Origin: Octopus sinensis | Lineage: Eukaryota | Length of the DNA stretch: 64,000 bases | Direction of reading: 5' to 3' | Assembly: GCF_006345805.1 (NCBI RefSeq) | Contig: NC_042998.1 | Coordinates: 66,588,001 to 66,652,000, forward strand | Shown: in pieces, positions 55,115-64,000 of the stretch | How the letters are laid out: the number at the start of each line of letters is the position of its first letter | How positions within the stretch are numbered: the stretch's first letter is position 1 | Translations under genes and position numbers: made by a program | Notes under the pieces: model-generated | Told to the model about the DNA's origin: nothing | The model's input: only the letters and a program-made list of their open reading frames with translations | The model's database searches: none

Positions 55115-57730
55115 TCTCAGCAACTCGGAAACACCCACGAGAGGCCTACGTAAGCTCATGCAGCGCACGAGAAAGGGAGAGGTGGTATGCCTACGCACAG
55201 CTAAGTCCGGCAGGATTTCGATAGATAGCTTGCCAAACTATATCCAGACCATGCAACCTCGCATCGCCAATATGAAAGTAACAACTTTACAGACACATAA
55301 AGTGAGAGAAAAGGACTCAACACCCACATGACGATGTGGACAATTGTTCTTTAACTTCAGTAACGCATGGCCAACATTTTCCCAGGTCTGAAACAACGAT
55401 ATCCCGATGCTGTATGTACTCCGCAAGGACCACAAAATAACCACCAATCTAGTGGCAGGATCACCAACCAGACTAACCTGTGGAGCGATTATCGCTAGCA
55501 ACGAGACGATCTCCTATTTACTCTCAATGATCATGCGCCTCATAATCCAGATACCACCAGATGTTTGTGACAGCACGGAAGATTACCTCAGCAGGATCAA
55601 CTACTGTAACAACACCTGCGACCTGACAAGATGTATAGTGGATAGCATGGATGTAGTATCCCTATACCCCTCCATCGACATAGATTTTGCAGAAGAGAAG
55701 TGCATGGAGATGATCACCGAGAGCGAAGCAGAGTTCCGCAGTATCAACACAGAGGAACTGGGCCTCCTACTTAGCTTGACATATGACAATGAATATGTAG
55801 ACAAATATGACCTTAGAAGCTTCTACCCTAGTAGATGTTTAAGGGGTAGACCTCCTACAATTACATCTCTGGCTAGGAAGAGCCTTATAGAGAGATGGAA
55901 CTGATCAATCAGAGCCATACGGATACCCGAAAACCAATATGAAGTAAGGAAAATAATTGCACATGCACTAGAAGCTAGTATAAGTGTTACTCTAAAAGGC
56001 CGCACGTTTAAGTTTAATAACAAAATATACGCCCAGGATGAGGTGGGTGTGACCATCGAGGTTAGCATCCCGGTGATGTGGCCAAAAGTTTCATGGTGTG
56101 GTGAGACACGAAGCTTAAAGAACGCTTGGCACAGAACTCCGTGCTCATGCACATGTACTCTCGTTATGTCGATGATATTAACACAGTGGTAAAGGAAATC
56201 CCCCACAATAGAGTAACCTTGAAATAGAAAGAGAAACTAATACTATGGAGAGCATCCAGCAAATAGCTAATTCCATCCCCCAAAGTATTAAGGTGACGAT
56301 TGACTACACTACAAAGCACGCTAACCATAGACTACCAGTACTAGATATAGAACTCTGGCTGGAAATAGTGAATAGTAAAACCTAAATCCGCTATTCACTC
56401 TATGTCAAACCTATGGCCTCCAAATACCTGATCCACCGGAACTTAGGTTCGGGAACAATGGCAAATTCAATATATTGATGGCAGACCTCATCGGAGTAAT
56501 GAGATATGTGTCGCGCATGTGTGATCCTACAGAGTTAAATAGACACATACAACACTTCGTTCACCGCATGCAGTTATCAGGATACTGTCATAGAGAAAGG
56601 ATTACAGTATATAAAAGAGTCATGAGGAGATTTGAAGCCAACATACATAATGATAGGAATGGGATTTGCTCATTGTATAGGAGCAAGTCCTGAAATACTA
56701 TTGAAAAGACTAAGAAGAAAACAGAGAAGTCCAACTCATGTTATAATACCCACAAATAAAAAGGGTCATGTTCGTCGAAACAACCCCTACAGGCGAACCA
56801 GCGTACCGCTTTAGAAGGGCCCTAGACAAGCTTAGGCTAAGAGTTAAGGTTGTAGAAAAGCCAGGTAACCCTATCACATCGCTAATCGGTAGAACCTACC
56901 CTTTTAATAGAAACCCCTGTACTGATAAGAACTGTATTGTATGTAGATTTAGCCCACAAACAAACTATAAAGCTCGGAGTGTAGTCTATAGTATAAGATG
57001 TACAGAGGGACGGTGCAGGAACAAGACAATGAAGTACGCAGGGAAGACAGCACGGAGCATAGGAGAACGTGTAAATGAGCATTGGAGGGAACTTAAGGAA
57101 GAGAAGATCTCAGCTGTTCTATACCAACGCGCCGAGCTGGAATGAGGGCTCAACAACAGAATTCAAAATTTTGTCCACACATAGTACGGACGCAACGCTA
57201 AGAAAATTTACGGAAGCTACACACATAATAAAAGAAAAACATAGACTAAATAGAAAAACTAGAATGGAACACTATCACACACCCCCACACACACCACAAC
57301 CTATGACAGAATAAGATCCCCATAAACTAATAATAATATGAAACTAATACAATAATAGACAGATAAATATATAGCATTAAATAATTATATACATAAACAA
57401 AATATAATAAATTAAATTAAATTAATAAAAAAAGAAAGAAATGAAAATTTAAGTAGATAAAATCTAATGAATATAACAAATAAAAGTAAATTAATGGGAC
57501 GTGAATAAACAGGAGATACTGATCATGCAAGTACCATACACCCCACCACACACACTTATATATAGACATATACAGGGATATACGCATGCGCAAATAAAGT
57601 CAAAAACAACAGGAATGCAAAATGGCAAATTGTTAGGAAAGAAAGGCACAAAAGAAAGAAGAAAGCAAAGGACCACTGATGAGGTCACAGAAATGCGACG
57701 AAAGAACTCCGGCCGAAATACAATAAATAT
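55115..57730 (+). mobile_element. Penelope-like retroelement, degenerate RT plus GIY-YIG endonuclease
   Basis: SMDVVSLYPSI, TFKFNNKIY, RYVDDI, LPVLDIELW (RT); SVVYSIRC..C..KYAGKTARSIGERVNEH (GIY-YIG); 3' hammerhead-like motif and AATAAA. Confidence 0.88.
57671..57714 (+). ncRNA. Decayed minimal hammerhead ribozyme motif at the Penelope 3' end
   Basis: gacca-CTGATGA-g-gtcac-agaaat-gcgac-GAAA-gaac-TC-cggcc: intact core, mismatched stems. Confidence 0.55.
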
Positions 57731-59246
57731 GAAATAAAGCTGAAACAGTGCGTGTGTCTACGTTGTATAAACTGGCAGCATGACCGCCCCCAAATACAAC
57801 AATATTGGTTTCAACATACGAATTCACATCAAGAATCCTGGAAAATTAACATATAAACGTAAATTACTTATCGTTAGAGAAATAAGGAAAGTTTTTTAAT
57901 GAACGCTTTTATAAGTTTATACGTCAATACTTACCAAAACAAATTTATAGATAAATTACAACAGAGTAGAAGTAAGATTATTCTGTGGAAATAATTCAGC
58001 TTGGTAGAAGTCCCGTCCACCTCCAACATATTGTAAATGATGTGTATGCAGGTGTTGGAAATCTTTAATATGAATATTCCCAGATTTTGTGCTGATGAAG
58101 TTATCTGGTATGACTTTTCGCAATCTCGTCTACAATGTAACTGAAATTCTGGGTCAAATTAAAATCAAGATGAGGCGTTTGGAATCAAAGTTATTTTCAT
58201 GCGGGCCTTGTTTTTTACATTTTAGTTACTGCTGCTTTGTTGGTACTTCAATCTTTGCATTTCTAGAAAAAGTTATTGGTGGGCAGCAAGTTGACTTTAT
58301 CGATGTGAATGTACACATTCGATATTTACCAAAAGAATTCCTTTTTAAAGTTTTTTCATACAAATCTATGCCCGGTTTCTATCATATTAGTCCTAGTAAT
58401 TAAACAGTAGCTATTCTCTTTCGAGATCAAATCTGTAGCAAGCAAATTCCTTCGAGTAACATAGTCTGAAATCTTCCCCAAGTATGCAGAGTTGTGGAGT
58501 TTTATCGAATATGTTGTCACGTTGACGACTAATTTGGTTGTTTTAATATGCGTATGTCTCCTTTCTTGTTTGTATATTTCTCTCACGTTATATTTTATTA
58601 TTTCTTATGACGGTTTTGCGAAAATGAAAACAGTTTACAATATATGGAACAAGAAGTTCTCACATGAATCCCAAAGACCACCTGCCTTATAAATGTACAA
58701 AGTGTATATAAATTTGTTGGTTGTATAAACGTCAGAAGCAAAAGATTTTTACAAATTATATTTCTATTCAATGAAAATAACATTGAAAGATGTATTTTAA
58801 CTAAGTAGTTATTTTAATGGATTGGTAATCCGCTTGAGATTTTCCGTTGGAATTAGTGTTTCCTCAGTCGTAAGTAATCTGGTAATTATTCATCTTCTAT
58901 TTTAAAAGTGTTATTTATCTGTGGTCATGCTGGGATACCCCCTTGAAGGGGTCTGGGGAAAAATCAGTCCAAGTATTTATTTTTAAGTCTGATACTTATC
59001 CTATTCATCACAAAAGAGATGGATAGGATAAAAAAGTTAAAACCGATTGTCAGGCAGCGGTGAGGACAAACAAAAATACACATACATACACGCGTACATA
59101 TAAGAAGGCACTTCACCAAGGTGTCCTACGGTAGGACTGAACACAAAACCACGTGGTTCAAAGCAATTATAACAGACTCAAAGAAAGTTATTTATCCTGG
59201 TAATGTCGAAGTTGTACGAGGCTCTCGAAATCTGGAAAACATATTC

Positions 59247-59458
59247 ATTTTAAATTTGGCACAAGATCAGCGATTCCGGGGAAGGATAAAAGTCGATTAC
59301 ATCGACCCCAGGGTGCAGCTAGTATTTATTTTATTGACCCCGAAAATATGAAAGGCAAAGTTGACCTCAGCGGAATTTGAACTAGGACCGTAAACACGGA
59401 CGACATTCCGCTAAGTATTTTTCACAGAGCGCTAACGATTCTGCCAGCTCGCCGCCTT
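59247..59458 (-). mobile_element. SINE, family 1
   Basis: Ends gctaacgattctgccagctcgccgcctt, the reverse complement of the family head. Confidence 0.75.
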
Positions 59459-60137
59459 CAGATCTGGAAAACATAATAGCATATCCAAGCCTCTCACCAG
59501 ACTTCTACCCCTATCTAATAATACCGATTACGTTAAAATTTGCATCACTGCAATAACATTAAACAACATGAATGCTATAACAGTTTAATATATTTCATCT
59601 CACACGTGATTCACGAAAGGAAACTTATTTTTCATCAAGTAATTTCTGTGCAATTTCCCCTTCCTAAACCACGTAACGTAATGTCGACCTTCAACTTGAT
59701 ATATATATCAACATCCTTTTCCTGTGTGAGCCGTGATATCTCGTACCTTCAAAGAGATATCGGAAATATTTTACTCAAGTTACGATAAGCCAAATCTATT
59801 GAACACTGTTATGGCTTATCAATTCTCTCTCTTTTGTGCTTTCTCTCCTTTTATGTGTATCAGAAAATACACGTTCTTTCCTTTTCTATCAATCCACTGA
59901 ACACTTCCGTGCCTCTATTATGGATTAATTCTATTTCTCTAAAATTCAAAGGAAAGATACCGAAGCCGTCTCTTTCCGTATTGCACAAATTCTTACGGTT
60001 TGTCTATGTATCTTGTAATCTGCGTTATTATTATTCTCGCACTTGACGGATAATAAGATTCTCTCGTCTAACACTTCGGTATTTGCCTCTTTTTTCTTTT
60101 TTCAAAATAAAGTTGATAAAAATCCAACTATTGAACA

Positions 60138-60187
<50 letters not shown>

Positions 60188-60208
60188 ATGGTGTTGGTGT
60201 TGGTAGTG

Positions 60209-60242
<34 letters not shown>

Positions 60243-60425
60243 CAGCAACAGTAGCAGCAGCAGTAGTACTAGTAGTAGTAGTAGTATTAGTAGCAGTAGC
60301 AGTAGTAGTAGTAGTAGTAGTAGTATCTGCAGCAATGATGGTGATGGTATTAGCAGTGGTAGAAGTAGCAGCAGCAGTGGTGGTGGTAGTAGTAGTGGTA
60401 ACAGCAGCAGCAGTAGCAGCAGCAT

Positions 60426-60460
<35 letters not shown>
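60138..60460. repeat. Compound (AGT)n/(AGC)n/(GGT)n microsatellite
   Basis: Directly visible; explains the poly-S/V/L ORFs. Confidence 0.95.
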
Positions 60461-61730
60461 TATGCTGGTCAGTTATTCTACCAACATGAAGGTTACCATA
60501 ATTTCGGCTATTTCAGACACATTCGTTCTCTTCAATGACGTTTTTACACACCCACCTCTTGTATCTGCAGAACAGACGAAAACTTTTCACAACTTACTTT
60601 GTTTCTCTACTTGATTAGAATTCATTCATCAAACCTTTTACTGAGCTTTCTTTTACTCATGCCACTGCTTCATTCAAACTAAATGCTTTCCTTTTTCTTC
60701 CGCAGCTTAAACACAGACTGCAATATTATCTAAGTACAACACCTGCTTCGTTATACTTTATATTTTATGTATAATTAGAACCCCCATGACAGCTATATTA
60801 TGCAATATATAGAGGGAGAGTTTAGAAAAATTGAAAAGATGAAGACAGGTAGTGTACAAAACAAACAGATGTATTAGTATAACGCTCAGGAATAGAAAAA
60901 GTATTTTACGTTTTGATCATACGCTCTTCTACAGAAAGGGACGCAGAAAAAACAAGAAGAGAAAAAATGTGTGTAGTGGCTAACGATCTATCATACGGCC
61001 ATATAATATTCTCACATGAATGTTTTATGTCTCATATATTAAGATTTTCTTTGTAATTGGCGAATTTCACTAAGCGTTAGCAGTAGCAATTTTCAAGATA
61101 TTTTTCTTATCACTCCACGTCGTAATGTTTGTAATTTTGTGTGGCCAAAAAAACTGATCTTTCAAATGTACGTGCATCTTAGAAGCATGTACACCATTCA
61201 CATCTCTCGACCTTCACTTACTATCTATTTCCTACCTCCATTGTATTTTTAAGCTTTACAGGCATAATGTTCTAATTTTTCTTGCATTAATATTTATGAA
61301 ATAGTGACACTACTAAGAAACTTTTTCCAGAGATGTTTCGTTTCTGAAATCTCGAAATCGCCATGAATGTTACTTTTAGGTTTCGGGAGCATCAATACAA
61401 ATTGTTTGGTTATGTTTCTTGATTTTCTAGAGTTTGATCCTGTATACCGTGTTCACTGACCCGAGGATCGGCTGCAGTGACGGCTTGTGTAGGTCAGCCG
61501 CAGAAAACTTCGTAGCGATGAGGCCTAATTGGGACACTACTCGAAGGGTTACATGGGGAAACCCAAGCAAATACCTGCAAAATGGTGGGTATATTGTCGC
61601 GCGGCAATGGCGGGTGCCCCCATATGTAACCTAACCTAATATTAATGTAGCACTTAGTTTACTCTGCTCATAATAATGGGATAATTAATTTACCTTTGTA
61701 GAAACGGACGTAGGTTGTGCGAATAACATG

Positions 61731-62145
61731 TGGCCGCTATTTGAGGCTTCGACTGTAATATATACTACAAATATCTACCATAAGTGACCGCTGATTGAGG
61801 CATCACTGGAATAATATATGCTGCAAATATGTGCTATTAGCTGACATTGTTTAAAACTTCTATAATTTATGCTATAAGTATGTTCTATTTATGGCCGATA
61901 TTTAAATGTTCACCTGTAACATACGTTACAAGTATACTCTATTTCTGACCCTATTTGAGATTTCATTTGTAAAATGCGGCACAATTATTTGATATTTTGA
62001 CTACCATTCGCTATTTCATCTGTAATATATGCAACAAATATATTCTATTTTTGGTCACTACTTTCACCAATAATATGTGCTTCAAAATGTGCTAATAGTG
62101 ACCGCTATCTGAGACTTGACCTGTAATATGTGCCATAAATATGAA
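61731..62145. repeat. Diverged tandem repeat, ~52-54 bp x ~8
   Basis: Recurring gtgaccgctatttgag...ctgtaatatatgc.acaaatat.t.ctatt pattern. Confidence 0.7.
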
Positions 62146-63329
62146 ACTAACCATGGCAAACGGAGAAAATTACAACTATGAAATAACAATATGCACTGCT
62201 CCACAACGATTCAGGCAACTTATTTCTAAAAAAAGTTGTATATTTTTTAACTATTGGTTGCTATATTTGCTGTTTCTTTCTTCTTTTTTTTCATAACAAA
62301 TTGACTAGAAATTTCTGCATCACTGCAATTTTTACAATATTGATTCGAATATTTCTTACAATATTGATATTTGTTGTCAGCATCGATGTGTGTCCTGTTG
62401 CCTCCTTGTAAAATTTATATCGTCTGATGGTTATAATTCTTAGTCGAATTTGTATCACATTAACTTTACTGTGAATACTCTTGACAAAAATTGGAAGATC
62501 GGAATATCTTATTTATCTTCCTTTAAATATTAAATGTATTGTGCCTTGTCACAATTAAGTATTATGTTCATTATCTATTTCTTTATTACTATCATTATGA
62601 ACTGCTACTCTGAATATATAATATCTCTTTCAGAATAGCAAATATTGAATTTACCCTGCTGACGTCGTTCAGTAGCGTACATAGTTCAGCCCTGGTGCAT
62701 TTGAGACAGTGTAACTTCTGTTCATAGAACGTTTATTCCCCCGGGAATCTTCCTCCATGTTTTTGCAAAATACGACAAACCAACGCTAAATATTTTGTTG
62801 GTATACATCTTCCGTGAGCAACATAGAGAAGACCGACAATAATAACTAGAGAAAAGCGGTTCGCTATCACAGCTACATATTGATTTCAATCCATTGCTAT
62901 AATTGCAAGTTCATAATGAGAGATATGAAAAATTCAACTCTTAGTCGATAGATTTTTCACGTGACAGACTTCAGCCAGTCGTATTTATACCTGTCAAGAA
63001 AAAGTGTACTATCCAAGCGCTATTTTAAGTAACGAATCTTCAGGTACGAGATTTTTGTAAACTGATAAAAGCCTAAGACTACTGAGTCTCCTTCCACCTT
63101 CTTTTCCACATCTTATCTAGTAACTGAAGTGGTAGATTATGCATACTAGAACGAGAAACAAAACTTGTATTCACTACAAACACTTCAACCACGTTCTCCG
63201 TTCTTTTCATTTTCCACTTTGTATTTCGCACTCTCTCTAACCCAAACCGTTTACCTTCCTATTTCTACTTGTATATGTTGCAATGTATGGATATCCTGAC
63301 AGTAAATAGTTTCCTGACGATGTAAACTC

Positions 63330-63800
63330 GCGACTATTGCTTTAATATCAAATATTTCATTAATGATAATAACATTAGCAACCTTAGATTTCAGGCTCTT
63401 TCTTGTTGAGAATAATTCTATTCTGTCACACAAAGATGTTTCCACTGTTAATAGAATGTGTTATCACTACCCTGCGTGCTGTTGATTGGAGTTTGCGACA
63501 ACATTCTATTTAATTAAAGCAAGTGATTGCGTGGTTTTCAGGGAAGATATCTTAGACCATAACACTGCGCATGTTGATTCAGTCCGTTTTAAACTAATTT
63601 CCTTTTTTAAATTTAGTATTAAATATTTTCTTAGTGAGACAAGAGTGAGTTCATTGACATATTGGGATCTAGCTAACCCATCATCTCTATATAAGCGGAA
63701 ATCAATAAGGGGAATATTCTCATTAAATTCTGCTACAATATAAAGGTCAATAAACTCGCACTTTATGGCGTTATATCCGTCGTATCACTACACACATATG
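63330..63800 (-). mobile_element. Old Penelope-like RT fragment (LYRDDG type)
   Basis: Minus-strand hand translation LYIVAEFNENIPLIDFRLYRDDGLA..TLVSLRKYLI matches the GLYRDDGL motif of some Penelope-like RTs; the boundaries are uncertain. Confidence 0.55.
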
Positions 63801-64000
63801 CCGAAAGATTATTTTGGATGTAGTTTGATTCGATAGAGTATGTTCGAGCGTGTGTGTGTACGCGCGTGTGTGTATGTGTGTATTATTCTTAGGCATTACT
63901 TTAAGCTGGACTCGAGTGTGGGGTTATTATTTAAGAGTTCCAGAATTTCGAAGACTACGGGACTACATCTTGGCCAGTACTGTTCCCGACTATACTGCGA

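Noticed and set aside
63255-63444. Possible minus-strand host exon (AG..GT bounded, 190 bp, open frame, faintly death-fold-like)
   Set aside because: It lies at the expected distance downstream of a Penelope LYRDDG motif on the same strand, and STRKSL..NEIFD fits a decayed Penelope continuation. No partner exons were found; RNA-seq would decide.

Overview
AT-rich, microsatellite-dense animal DNA made almost entirely of transposable elements. The SINE/LINE/Penelope repertoire looks like octopus or another cephalopod; this is pattern recognition, not a database check. I could not support any host gene. Contents: RTE-BovB, Tx1-like, CR1-like and two Dong/R4-like non-LTR retrotransposon families (the Dong copies stacked in (TAA)n tracts), several Penelope-like remnants with minimal hammerhead-ribozyme motifs, Tc1/mariner fossils, a probable non-autonomous Helitron wrapping nested inserts, and many SINEs. 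The most unusual object is a 2.9-kb Merlin (IS1595/ISXO2-type DDE) transposon at 26090-28993 with a perfect 8-bp target-site duplication. It is a near-complete fold-back palindrome: one arm carries the transposase and the mirror arm lacks almost exactly that coding sequence. It sits in the ORF start of an apparently full-length Dong element, which in turn splits a Penelope-like element.
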